Of a stretch of DNA of 64,000 bases, positions 24,392-36,535 are shown one piece after another. Source of the stretch: Vicugna vicugna (Eukaryota); assembly GCA_013265495.1 (NCBI GenBank), contig MU058252.1, positions 1,088,244-1,152,243 on the forward strand. The letters are read 5' to 3'. The translations under genes and the position numbers were made by a program. Under the pieces are notes generated by a model that saw only the letters and a list, made by a program, of their open reading frames with translations, was not told the origin of the DNA and made no database searches. Positions within the stretch are counted from its first letter, which is position 1. Every line of letters begins with the position of its first letter.

Positions 24392-24590
24392 CTGCGAGCC
24401 ACCGTTTCAGAAAGCGATTTATTCTAAAACTGCAAGAAGCTTTAAAACCCTTCCAGGTCACAGGGAGAACCACTCCTTCCTGATTCTATTACTACAGAAC
24501 AAGAACAAACACACAATTTTAAATAGAAATTCTTTCCAACACTCGTCTGCCCTGGACTTCCACCACCGAAAGGCTGCACACGACTCTCAC

Positions 24591-24664
24591 CTCGCAGGCC
24601 CTCCCGTGAGCGTGGCGTCGATCACGTGGTCGTTGTCCATGCGGAACATGTACACACCTCGGTT
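24591..24664 (-). CDS. KMT2C: KMT2C exon ~57: NRGVYMFRMDNDHVIDATLTGGPA(R), SET domain
   Basis: 74 nt, ttcag/gtgaga boundaries; frame joins both neighbours. Confidence 0.97.
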
Positions 24665-24993
24665 CTGAAAGAGAAGGAAGTCAGTCCGCTCTGTGCTCCT
24701 GTCCACGGGACGGAGATGAAGTCGCCGGAACCGACAGGTCCCCAATCTCCCGCCCTGGGGACCCGCACGGACGACGACGTTTACGCGCTATGAGCAGAAA
24801 TCAACACTTCGGGAGGGCGCCTGTGAAGCCAGGCTCATCCACCCAAGGTCCTGTCTTTGCAAATAACAATACTGATCGAAAAACGCAGGACTGTTGGAAA
24901 ACACAAGAGAATACAAGGACACCCAGACAGGGTTTTGTTTGCACTCGAACCTGGGCGGACAGGCGGGGCCGGCGGGGGCGGGGCCGCACTCAC

Positions 24994-25110
24994 CTGGGAC
25001 TCATAGAGCTTCTCCTTCCTGTTGGCCACTTCGTTCCGGATGATGGTCCCGATGTACTCGATGACCATGGTGTGCTTCTCGATGTCCCGGGCAGCGTAGA
25101 GGCCCAGGCC
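24994..25110 (-). CDS. KMT2C: KMT2C exon ~56: GLGLYAARDIEKHTMVIEYIGTIIRNEVANRKEKLYESQ, SET domain
   Basis: 117 nt, ttttacag/gtgagt boundaries; GxG and EYxG motifs. Confidence 0.98.
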
Positions 25111-25699
25111 CTGTAAAACGTGCACCTCCCTCATCACTTCAGTTCCAGGGACTCTGTCACACGAAGGTGCTACCCCCTGTCAGACTGAAAGCCTCACTGA
25201 GGATTCCACCTGAACTCACACGACCATCTGTCCTCGCTCCACCACCGTCTGAACCCTGACCCCAAACAACCCTCCCACATCGGGCTCTGCGACCCCACCA
25301 TGCCTTTGGGTCTGTTTCACACTGAACTTCCCAGGCGTGTTTAGAAAGTGATCCTGTCCACAGCTGAGCACTGTCTATGTCGGGCATCCTGCTGAGATTC
25401 TACCAGCTGAACAGGCCAACAGCTTCCGCTGCTCATTTTACGGCACTACTGCTTCTCAAGCACTTGACATAACACAGAACCTACACAACTGAAATGGGGC
25501 TGACTACACAGGGCACTGTGCTTTGAGCTTTTGCATCCTCACCTAAGACCGACCAGAGGGAACCCCACCCCCCCCATTTCTCATCAAGCACCACCTGGAG
25601 CACATGGCACAGACGGCTGCTGTTAAGAGATTTCAGTACGTGAACTGAATGATCTTCGGAAAAAAACATTTACTCAGTTAATTCCAGTCAATTCCAGAT

Positions 25700-26720
25700 A
25701 TGACTCAGAGGTGAACAAAGCAGAACACACAAGAAAAATCTGGATGGATACTGACACGGTTTGGGGTAACAGACGGGACAGTCAGTGGGAGCGAGCAGAG
25801 AACCCACACAGACCCAGGCGGGGTTACCAACATCCAGCTCAGTATGGACGGGCTGCTTATTGCTAAATGGTGCTCCTACAACTGGTTATTCAATGGAAAA
25901 AATTAAACTGTCTTAAACATAAAAAATGAAATTGCTGAAAAAAAAATCTAAGAGACTCATATGCAACCTGCAGTTTTAAGAACAGAAGCCAGACAATTAT
26001 ATATGTTTGACTATTTGGAATTCAAACTTTTGTAGGAAGAAATATACCATACTTCCTGGCAGGCAAGGGATGTGTTGTAGGGAAAAATCTAATAGTGCAA
26101 ATTCTTATAAACTGAAAAATGGACAAAGGACATGAACACACAGTTCACAGAACAGTAAATCCAAATGGAAAAATCCAAAAATTTGCAATTAAGGTGACAA
26201 TGTAGTTCTGTGGTCACTCGTGGCAAAAATATAAATGGGCAGTAACACTACAAACGATAAACGAGAAAGTCAGCCTTACACACTGCTGGGAGCAATGTGC
26301 GAGCAGAGCCTTTTCAGAAAACTGAAAACTTTCACACAGAAATCGCACTCTGGGGGATACACCCCACAGAAGTGAAGCTACCGATACACGGAGACAGGTG
26401 TACAAGATACCACTGGCAACACGGGAAAAATTGTAAACAAAATCAATTCTCATCAGTGCGGAATGGTTTAACTAATCACAGTTCATCCGCATCACGGAAC
26501 ATCATGGAGCCATTAAAGGACTGAGTCAGCAGTGTTCCCGCTGGTCTAGGAGTCTGAGTATTGGTGAGAAGATGCAGAAACGTGCACACAGCACGATCCC
26601 ACTTGTAAACGTGCACACGGATGTGTATGTGCTGTTAAAGCACCACGGAAAACACAGGATACGAACGCCGGGGCATTAATGTGGTTACCTGGGAGGTGGA
26701 CAGTATGGAGGAAGAAAAAA
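25700..26720 (+). mobile_element. Old L1ME-like ORF2 C-terminal and 3'UTR remnant, antisense to KMT2C
   Basis: AAATGGTGCTCCTACAACTGGTTATTCAATGGAAAAAATTAAACT; AAAATGGACAAAGGACATGAACACACAGTTCACAGAA; heavily diverged. Confidence 0.65.
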
Positions 26721-28564
26721 GATAACCCAACAACAAAAACTCTCAAAATCGCCTGAGGTTAAACTGCTGCTGCCAAAGTGAAGAGCGAGACGCTATGTGG
26801 TCTTGTCGTGTGAGCGGGCGTGGCTCACAGAGGGACCTCCCGGAGTCGGTGCTTCCGGGGCTGTCCTGTCAGCGCTCACCTATCCATCTCTCCAGTTCCA
26901 AAGTGCTTCTACCCCGTTCTAGACAAGTGAAATTTGAATCCTTAATAAAATGTGAATTTAACTTTATAAAACGTGAAAGACTTTGTTAATTGCTCCAGGT
27001 AAAAGGGGACAGACTCAACACAGGTAGTTGAGAACCCCGTACCAGGACGGTGCGGGAATACAAGCAACGCTGAAGAACAGGATGGGCGAGAGAAACGTGT
27101 TACATGGAGAAGTAGCTGCTTCAGCAGGAGAAAGTCACCGCCAGGGGCGGGGCGGAGGCCTCACCCCGCGCCCCCGGGAGTCTGGGAGAGCTCCTCCCTG
27201 GAGGCGGCAGAACGATGGGGAAGAGGCTGTGTTCGTAACGTGAACACGAGGTACCAGAGAGAAGGGACGAGAGCAGAAAGGAGAAAGATTTTTTAAACAC
27301 AAAAGAATGAAGAGCAGACGAAGGAGAAGCAGCTCAGACCAGGACAAGGAGACCAGAAACGAGGCGACGGCGGGAGGTTAGACCCGGGATGGGAACTCTT
27401 CTCCAGCCGCGCAGGAAGCATGCGGGGGCCCCACCTCGGGGCCAGATTCAGTAAGGCTGGGCCCCAACCTGCATGGCTTAGCCAGGCCCTAGACGGTGCC
27501 AGCCTGGGGTCCACACGGTGAGGTCCTGGATCTCAGGGGGCCCATGTTTGTGTGTGTGGGCCAACAGAAACAGAGGCAGGAACTTGCAAAGAACCACCAC
27601 GAAGACACTTCTCAGACTGAAGGTCTCACTGCGCCAGGTTGAAAGGACTCATCCTAACCCAGGCACGTTCTGGTAAAAAGCCCAAACACCAAGAGTAAAG
27701 AGGAGAGCCTCAAACCTCCAGAGAGGAGGAAGAAGTTTCCGTAGAAAGAACGTGAAAGGGTACAGACAGCGGACAGCAGGTCAGACCGGCACCCGCCACC
27801 CTAGAGCTGGCGGACTGGAAGGAGGGGCCCGCACTGCCACCCCGGGGGGGACGGGAGATTGAAACCGGGCGGCGGGGCTGAGAGCGGGTTTGAGGGAGCT
27901 TCTCAGAGCATAAGGGCAACAGAACCTGATGCTCTGGGTCTGGGCGTAGCGAGGCTGACGCCGACAGCCAGCAGACGTGACCTCACTCAGTAAAACCAGG
28001 TGCTGGAGGATGATCAGGCTGGGAGACTGAAGGAGTGTGGCAAAGTGAGAACTGTAAACCTGTCCTGGAACCCGGGAGGGAGAAGCTGAAGAGCCGTTTG
28101 GTTCAGATCTGCAGCTCACAAGCCACGGACTGCAGGAGTGGATCTGAACGCCTGGCCCGCACATGGCTGTATCTACAAGGCGCTCCACAGTCTACCCATC
28201 AGAAAAGACACAATTTTCATGAGAAGGAGGCTGCCGAAAGACAACTTCCAAAATTGGGCACCTCTGGAAAATATTTTCATTTGTATTTTTCACTTCACAA
28301 GTGCCTAGAAATACAGCTCTGGTGACCTCGCCACAAACCCTGTGTGTGGGGAACGCGGCGCTACCTGCCCTCACCCAGGTGGGAAGACGTGGGCTCCTTC
28401 CACTCAGGGAAGGAAAGCGCCAAGCCCCGAGACCATGCGCTGAATGCAATCGGACAGAATTTCCAAAGTATGACTCTCCCCGTTTCCCACGTGCTGGATG
28501 CCAGCACCTCCCGACCGCCGCAGAGTCCTGCCCTCCTCTTCCTGGACACCCAGCGTCTTCCCAC

Positions 28565-28733
28565 CTGAATCCGAGACCGGGCCAGGTACACGTTGGACTT
28601 CCACTCGGCCTTCATCTTCCGGTACTGGGATGACTTGGAGTGGACAAACTGCTTGCTGTACGGGGCACTGAGCTCCCCGGTGACTGTGCTCTGAAACGAC
28701 TTGGAGGTGCTGGTGCTGTTCAGGGTGTGAGGC
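28565..28733 (-). CDS. KMT2C: KMT2C exon ~55: (R)PHTLNSTSTSKSFQSTVTGELSAPYSKQFVHSKSSQYRKMKAEWKSNVYLARSRIQ
   Basis: 169 nt, ctgcag/gtggga boundaries; pre-SET linker and start of SET. Confidence 0.97.
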
Positions 28734-29001
28734 CTGCAGACAGTGGCACGTCAACAGGAAGAAATAAAAGGAAAACTGAAGATCTCTCTGAATGAGGCCC
28801 AAAGCCAGGTTGATTCAAATTCTTTCTGACAGGAACATACACAGAAAGCCGCCTAGCGGAGCCACACGGCAGGTGCTCGGGTGTGGTCGGCAGACACAGC
28901 CAGAGACAGCAGGGTTTGTAAGCAGCAGACAAGTCAAGCACAGAAACCACTAATATGCCTAGAAACCCTGGGCTGTACTATGTGAAGTTAAAACAAAATA
29001 C

Positions 29002-29144
29002 CTTAACACAAACCTCTTGACATGGGCACTCATTTTAGGTTCAGAACGGGCACAACCTGTGGGGTTGACGGCAAGAGGCAGCTCCATGAGAGGGTTCCGG
29101 CCGTAGCGGAAGCTGTAGTTCTCACATGCCTCCACCCCGGGGAG
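29002..29144 (-). CDS. KMT2C: KMT2C exon ~54: LPGVEACENYSFRYGRNPLMELPLAVNPTGCARSEPKMSAHVKRFVL(R), contains the WDR5-interaction (Win) motif
   Basis: 143 nt, ttccag/gtattt boundaries; GCARSE at 29040-29057; second in-frame donor would end the exon at 29014. Confidence 0.96.
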
Positions 29145-30036
29145 CTGGAAAGAAGCAAAATAAACGAAAATTTAACTCATCTGATCAAGACCACAGGCAA
29201 CCCTGAGCTGGCCCAAAGATGGCCCAACTGGAATCTTACGGAAATAACTTGTCAACGTTTTCAAAACACTCTCTTATCTCATGTTACCACCGCCAGCCCG
29301 CACACAGACAGGCCCGTGACATGATGGCCCATCTCTCCGTGTCCCGGGGGTACAGGCGAGAACATAGGGTTAACTTGTATGGTACAGTCTTTTCTAGACT
29401 ATGTCTCTTGTGAACATCTCTCTCTAGAGACATGACAGGTACCGATTACTGAGGCAGGGCTCTTCCAAAGGAAGCAGCTGGGTACAGCACTCCATGGCTT
29501 CAGGGCTGTCCTCTGCTTCTCCAGAGAAAACCCACCAATGGCTTTTTTCTTGAAAGCAATGCCTTATATTCATGAGATTTCCCCAAAGTACTGTGCGTAG
29601 ACTCGCTGGCAAACGCGTGTAATTTCAAAACCTCACAAAGAGGTGTCAGAGAGGATTGAACGCTCCCGAAATCCAACTGCCCTCTGGTGACCAACCGTAG
29701 GATGAGGGCAGAAAAGTGGCTGTGAATGTCCCGGTGTCAGGACTGGGCGCACTGACCTGCAGTGCAGGGCGTGAGGACCCTCACCCCCCAGCACCAGACA
29801 ACCCACATCTGTGACCTCCCTCACTGAGCAGACATTAACACGAACATTTATGCAAGTCTCCCTCCCAGTGACTCATGAAGGCCTCCTGTTCTTTGAGAGA
29901 GACAGCAGTTAATCTCCCGGCAAAGCCACCACCTCCAAGGGCTGTGAATCTGACAGAATGAGCCAAGGTGGTGGCAGTGGCCCCGTTGGGAAAGGCCCTG
30001 AGCGACTCCCGGGTCACCCTGCGCCCTGGCACTCAC

Positions 30037-30173
30037 GGACTCGGCAATCCGTGCCACCGCAGACACCGTCAAGCCGAACAGATCTTCTCCTCTTAAGTAG
30101 GCTGGGAAAAGCTGGAGCATTTCAGATTTTTTCCTCACACATGCCACAGGCTCCAAAATTTTATCCCAAACAC
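30037..30173 (-). CDS. KMT2C: KMT2C exon ~53: (G)VWDKILEPVACVRKKSEMLQLFPAYLRGEDLFGLTVSAVARIAES, FYRC
   Basis: 137 nt, catag/gtgagt boundaries; GEDLFGL FYRC motif. Confidence 0.97.
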
Positions 30174-31042
30174 CTATGATATAGACAAAAAATTTTTTTT
30201 CTTTATGAAAAATCTGCTCTTAGGTAAACAGAGAGGAAGAAAGGATGCAGTATAAAAACAAGAGCAAAACGGAGACTGTTGACGAAGACTCACTGGGTAG
30301 AGCCCGTGGGCAGTGACCTAAAAGGCCTGCTATTACCTGCTTGTCAGATGGCAGCAGTTTTACAGACTTTAGGAATGTTGGGGGAAAAGAATATGTTACA
30401 TTAAGGAAATTAAACAGTAAAAGGGGAAAAGAAAGTTCAGTATGACTAAAGTTCATGCAAGAAGGTTAACTTTCATGCTGGCCAAACAGCACATTAGATT
30501 TTCGGATGATTGGTCCAATGAAGTAAATGACACCTACAGACATGTCCTCTCCTCTCAGAGGTAAAGTGTGAAACTGATTTTTCCACTGGAATTATCTTCA
30601 GAGCATTTTCATACTTAAAACACTTTCTACATCAACAGAAATGACAACCTAGGCTCACCCCTGAGGTCAAAAGTAAGTGGCTCTAAACTTTAATATTTGC
30701 TGCTCCTGAGAGAAGACTACACACAATATGCTTTAAATACGGTTCCATTTCTAGGTGACGTAAAGAGCGTCCTCAACGTAAGTGACAGGCAACCTTGACC
30801 TACAATCATTCTCCTATTTATCAGCTCTACTCTGATTTAGAGTGAGTCTAGCAAGTGTCTGGAGAACAGTACAAAAAGACAAGGTATGACCAGATAAAGC
30901 AGCTTTGCACTAGTGAATGAAAAATCCACACCGGCTGTTATAAAACCTGAACAAACAAGAAAATCATGGAAACAGGTGAAACGTTCCTCAGCCCGACCCC
31001 GGAGTAAGCAGCTCTGCAGAGCGTGGGGAGGGTGGGCCTCAC

Positions 31043-32162
31043 CTTTCGGGGAGCTGTCGCTCAGGACTAGGTCTTCGTGGCCCTGCTCCACGATGCGGAT
31101 GACGAACACCGGACGCCCGTCCTTCTCCTCGATGGAGCACAGGTAGCGGCAGCGGCGGTTGGCATAGCGCGTGCTCCAGTACAGCCGGCTGGCCTCGTAG
31201 CCCACGGGGAAGAGCGCTTTGGGGGAATGGAATGCCTGCATCTGCTGCGGGAGCAGCTGGCCAATGGCGTGGAAGATGAGACTGCCCACGCGGAAGGTGT
31301 GGTCACGCTCCCCGCGCTGCACGATACTGGCGATCTGCCGGACCTCGTCGCGCTGGACGTAGACCCTCCTGAAGACGGCGAAGTAACTCAGTTCCTGCTC
31401 GTGAATTCCCTTTGGTTTGTGCATGGGACAAAGCATGGTTTTGTCTTTAAAAAACATGCATTGTGCTTTAATGGCGCAAGTGAAGTGATAAATGTTGGTA
31501 CAGCGAAATCGGTGGCATCCGCTGGTGGCACCCGTCTTATGACAGAAGACGCATTTCATCTGCAGGCCTCTCCTCAGGGCCAGCTCCACGTTTATTAAGG
31601 CCCCGGCCTGGGTCTCGTAGACCTCCGTGGACCACAGGGCGCAGTTCAAGTGCACCCACAGGTCCAAGTCCAGGTTGAGCAGCCTGGCTGGTCCATCCGT
31701 CAGGCCATCACCCTCCTCGTGACAGAAGCAACACTTCCGATAGTCTTTGGGCACAGGGTCGGGTTTCAGAGACGTGCCCAGTTTCTTCAGAAATTCATCG
31801 ATTTCATCCTCACAGGGAGGCTTGAACGCCCCCTTGGGGACCACGATGTGGATGCTCCACCGCTTCCACTTCATCCCCCTCCACTTCTTTGCGACGGGCC
31901 TGCAGTCGTCGAACCCGCCGTGCACAGCCCTGAGCCGAGGCTTTAACTTCACTGTTACCTTAAGCTCATCTGGCTTTGCCTCTACTTTGGCTGCTTCAAA
32001 AGCAGGAGGGAAAGTGATGGGAGGTGACGCAGGGGGCGAAGCTCGATCCTGGAGCCGCGGGAGACAATGCACGTCTAAGGTGGAGGTGTTGTTACTGTAC
32101 TGATGAAACGCTTTGGAAGGCGTCTCTTTCACAGGTGACTGTGGCAACGAAGGAATGGATTC
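31043..32162 (-). CDS. KMT2C: KMT2C exon ~52 (1120 nt): extended PHD finger, FYRN, start of FYRC
   Basis: Inside ORF 30837..32279; gtgcag/gtgagg boundaries; CCFC...WVHLNCALWS...CVFC...YHFTCA (ePHD) and LFPVGYEASRLYWS (FYRN). Confidence 0.98.
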
Positions 32163-33510
32163 CTGCACAATAAAAAGAAATGTGAGAAAGAGTAATTCAA
32201 AAGCCCTAAAAGCCATTCTTGTTAAAGCAAGAAAGCCAGGGAATAGGGGTCTAACGGGGCGCGGTGAGGATCTGTGCACAGTGGAGGTCAGTACTGAATG
32301 TCCACAGGTTCCCGCATGGACAGGCAGGACTGATGAAAGATCTGTGGGTGGATCCTCCTCTGCAAAGCCACAGCTCTGGAGAATATTGTGCTCTTAAACT
32401 TTCATGGACGCTCCTCTTTCTAATAATAATCAAGCTGAAAAAATCAAAGCTGTCAGAGGAGCTAATTTAATTCATACAAGGGAACAGTGTTTCTTGTTAA
32501 ACCAAATAAGAACTTTGGGTCATAATCTTCTAAGAGCTCATCCCACTCTCTGAAATTCCTGTTTGTTAATCTCAGGCTTAATAAATTGGCATGAATGTGA
32601 CACAGGGGAGAAGCCCCCGGCAGACGAGTCATGTTCAACTTTTCTCAGAGGCTGCCGGCTCCCACCCAGCGGTGGGCATAGGGGCTGAGAGAGAATCTCC
32701 CTCAGTTTCCGTTTAGGTACCAAGTGTCACAAGCGAATGAACGGCAAACCCACAGGCTCCCTTCCCACCACCCCCTCTCCCACGGCTCTGGACAGACCCC
32801 CTCCCATAAATCCAGAAGCAGGCGGGCACCACACACCTAAATTATCTGGGGAAAAAGCAACCCTCCTCTCATATAGGCTGATTTATTTTAATTTAAAGTC
32901 TTAACTTATTTGGTATATACCCTGAATTTTACTATACTGGGCACTACTGCCTGCTAAAAAAAATAAGTCTTCAGAACATTCTTCTAAGAAAAAGTAATCA
33001 CCTGAAGGAAGGAATGACTGAGAATTACACCATGGGAAACAACTTCCTTCAATGAGAAGGATTAAAAATGTGTCGTCCTTACCAACTACACACTTGGTTA
33101 CACTTAAATTCCACAAAATCAGGTAGACCTTTCTACCACGGTAGGACAAGGATTTTCTTCCCAAAATACATGAACAGACTTGAGCTATGTTTGTGAGTAG
33201 GCTTTTTCCATTGGGATAAAATCAAAAAACAATGTTTTATAGTTGTCATTAAGCTATTTGTAGTTAATAAGTAAAATTACAGACTTTACTATTAGTGTTT
33301 TTATTCAATTCTGAAATTTTAAGATAAAATTCAATCTGCCCACGCCTGTCAAATAAACGGAACATATTCAATCTGCAGTGACAACCTGGACCGAGCACTT
33401 TCTCAGCCTGAGCAGCGGCTGCTTAGAATCCCTGGAGAGCTCTGAGAATCTGGTGGGCACACCCATTTTATTCACCAACAGACTGATTAACCGAGACTGC
33501 CTAATTTTAC

Positions 33511-33618
33511 CTTGCTTTCTGAGTTTTTTGCTTGTGCAGTTGACGAATAGAGAATAAAGCAGTTATTACTACAGAAGACAATATCCTTCTCCACTCGACT
33601 GGAGCTTTCTCGGGAATC
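33511..33618 (-). CDS. KMT2C: KMT2C exon ~51: DSRESSSRVEKDIVFCSNNCFILYSSTAQAKNSESK
   Basis: 108 nt, ctcag/gtaaaa boundaries, phase 0-0; hand translated. Confidence 0.95.
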
Positions 33619-34043
33619 CTGAGAAGCAGAGAGAAATACGTGGGGAGCTCAGTAAGTCAAAACTTAATAAAAACAAGATCTATACATATGTGGTCTTTAT
33701 GTTATGTTAAAAGTGAAAGAAAGTAGCTATCTTAAAAGTAGAAAGGTAACCACAAGCCAATATGTAGCAGATAATAATTTAGCCACAGAGAAAACACATT
33801 TACAAAACCACACGATCCATATTTCACACTATCTAAAAACATGTGGTTCTCATAACGTCCCGTCTAACAGTCTGCTGTAGCGATCTGATTTCACGCTCAA
33901 GCACATCATATGTACACATGCTGATGCTACCGCCAGAGCAGGCGACAGGCGGGGCTACGTACACGGCCTCCCCCTGAAGGAGGAGCCCTGCAGGGACACC
34001 GCGGGTTGGGGGAGGGGGGGGACAGAGAAGATGTAGCGGGTAC

Positions 34044-34183
34044 CTTGTTCACGAAGGCCAGGTCTCTGACCGACTTCCGCACCCCGCTTCCCAGAATGAC
34101 CACTTTGCAGTGACAGCACCACTGCGGTCTGAGAGCCGCGCTCTCCGTGATACCACGACTGGAATCCTTATATCCAGAAAGAC
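34044..34183 (-). CDS. KMT2C: KMT2C exon ~50: (G)LSGYKDSSRGITESAALRPQWCCHCKVVILGSGVRKSVRDLAFVNK
   Basis: 140 nt, ctgcag/gtaccc boundaries; frame consistent with neighbours. Confidence 0.95.
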
Positions 34184-34898
34184 CTGCAGACGAAAGACTT
34201 CGTTAGCGACTAAAACTGACCAATAACAAGGAGGTAGCACACGGCACAAAGCTATACTGTATCAACTTATCGTAACACGGTTCCTTCACGTTATCATGTG
34301 TTATCTTTTACCAATTAATAAGAATCTGATCTTCTAAGCAGTGGTTATGGGGCATCTATTATGTGCACGACACTGGGGTACAAATCAAGGAACCTATTCT
34401 CGCACAGCTGGGGCAGCCTGCTGGGACGTGGGGAGCGTGGAAGGAAACCGCTGAGTTCTGTCCAGTCTAAGCGCAAAGTGAGCTGGGGGAGAGGACACTT
34501 CCGCTTGAGGGTGAAGACGAGATGGAAATGTCCTGTGAAAGGTGAAGAGGTCCGCGTACAAGAGTCTTAAACGGGTGTGATCTGGAAAGTCAAAGGGGGA
34601 TGAGGAAAGTCCCGGGGCTGAGATAAAAAATGTAAGTAAGGACTCAGATGAGAAAGCACGAGGGACCCTCAGAGCCCACCGTCTGTGGGGGCCGCGGAGG
34701 CACAAAGGGAGAAGCAGGCAAAGTGAGGGAGACAGAAGCGGCCAGAGGCTAGGGATTCGAGCTCCGACACAAGCCCTCGCAGTGCGGGAAGTGGGGAGAG
34801 GAGAGACGGGGGTGAGGGTGAGCCCAGACCCCACTGCCCCAGGCGCCGGTGGAGGAGGAAAGAGGAAGCAGCGGTGCCGGTAAAGCCGCTGGCCCGCT

Positions 34899-34977
34899 GC
34901 GCACGCGCGAAGCAGGAGGGGCCTGGCGCGCACGCGCGAAGCAGGAGGGGCCTGGCGCGCACGCGCGAAGCAGGAGG
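34899..34977. repeat. Perfect 29-bp tandem repeat, 2.7 copies (GCGCACGCGCGAAGCAGGAGGGGCCTGGC)
   Basis: Copies start at 34899, 34928 and 34957 and are identical over their length. Confidence 0.95.
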
Positions 34978-35232
34978 TGAGCCGGGACGAGCGGCGGAGG
35001 CAAGAGGACAAGGCGGCCTGCGGGTGAGCACGTCAGAGGGGACACGGCACAGTCCCCAAGCACTGAGGCTAAGTCACCGCACAGCAGAGCTTATTAGAAG
35101 GTCAATTCACCAGGATGACGCACCAACATGCTACCTGTTACTTGTTTACAATCAAAGTGGGATTTTAAAGAGAATCAGCCGAACTTCTGATTCAAGAACG
35201 AATGTGAGGTTCACTAACGTAAACCCGCTCAC

Positions 35233-35482
35233 CGTTGCTCGCTGGAGGGAACGGCACGTTAGGCTGCTTCAGGTGGTAGGAGCTTGCTAATCTGGGCGGG
35301 TTTGCAGGTCCTGGTGGAGGCCCACGAAGAAATAAACGCTGTCGATACTCCAAACCTGGGTTTACTCTGTGGCTACTGACCAAACCCACGGCTGGAACAT
35401 CTGGTGCATTACTAACCTCGTAGCTGTTAGGGACTCGCACGTGAAGGAGGTCGGAAAAGGCAGCCACAACACTGCTGATGTT
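35233..35482 (-). CDS. KMT2C: KMT2C exon ~49: NISSVVAAFSDLLHVRVPNSYEVSNAPDVP...NVPFPPASN
   Basis: 250 nt, ttttag/gtgagc boundaries; overlaps ORF 35192..35467. Confidence 0.96.
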
Positions 35483-36311
35483 CTAAAACAAAGTGCAAAC
35501 GCTGCGTGACCCACCCAGAAGGCACAGAGAAGCACTGAAGAAAAACTCCTATTAGGTACGTGTTATTCGCTGATGTACAGGCGGTAAGCAAATCCAACAA
35601 TGCCGATTTAGACTTAAGGGTCTCAAGGGAAAAAAAAGGTTTTAATGGGCCAATATCTAAATAAAGCTTTCATAAACAGAAATCCTCATAAAGGGATTTC
35701 AATGAATGTTAAATACTTGAGAGAGCATTAAACTATTTTAGGCGTCATTAATACAAGGAATGAGCTAAACCTTGTCAGTTTTTACAGCTGGTTGGAAGCT
35801 ACCGGCAAGTGGACCTACAGCTCTGGGAAGAGGTCTGAAATGGTCCACGAGAACCCACTACCGCTAAGTTCTGTTGCCAAAATGTCCCATCATGGGACTA
35901 TGAGTTTGGTCTCATACAAGCAGCTGCCACCTGAACAAGACTTCCACTGCTTCTGGAAAGCTTCCACTGTTGACAAAGTTCTTCACTGCCTGATTTTCTA
36001 AGTGTGAAAGTTATCAAAAGGCTTCTCTCTAAAGAGCTCTCCACTGTGTACCTCCTCTAATAAACAAGCGAGACCTCTACCTTCGTTCTGCCCCTTTTGC
36101 CTTGACTTAGGCTGAGATCGATTTAACACTCATTTCTAACACCCAGACCACGTGGAAGCCTGAAGTGACCACGCGTACTCTCCCTAACTTTACTCTTCTA
36201 TCCGCAGTGACCCTGCTGCACACGAGTCATGTGCAGACACGTGTGAGCCTCCTGACACAGCTTTAAAAACCAAGCGGAGTCTACGACGTTAAAGAACCCT
36301 CTCATCTTTAC

Positions 36312-36448
36312 CTCAGCAGCTGTAGGATGCAGAGTGATTGCCACAGAGATCAGGCCCGACCTGGGACCGTTTGGGGATGAACCGAAAGGTGACGTGAAAA
36401 ATAAAGTGCCTGGCTCAGTTTTTATGTCATTCCTTCTGGAGTCCAAAC
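36312..36448 (-). CDS. KMT2C: KMT2C exon ~48: (G)LDSRRNDIKTEPGTLFFTSPFGSSPNGPRSGLISVAITLHPTAAE
   Basis: 137 nt, tttcaag/gtaaag boundaries; follows an 87-nt intron. Confidence 0.96.
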
Positions 36449-36535
36449 CTTGAAAGAGGAAGGGTTGATTGTTAGTGGCTTTTCAAAACACCAACGAGAG
36501 CACGTGGGCCCGCGGTACGGAGGACTAGCGCCCAC

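Noticed and set aside
31077..32103. Plus-strand ORFs opposite KMT2C exons (also 45207-46881 and 57744-58487)
   Set aside because: Expected antisense open frames over coding sequence; no independent evidence.
30837..32279. Long ORFs (480, 559, 604 and 717 aa) as standalone genes
   Set aside because: Each is a large KMT2C exon with read-through into flanking intron; true boundaries are the splice sites listed.
34394..35063. Overlapping 205, 120 and 104-aa minus-strand ORFs in a KMT2C intron
   Set aside because: Explained by high GC and the 29-bp repeat, which yields the same peptides in all three frames; no protein-like composition.
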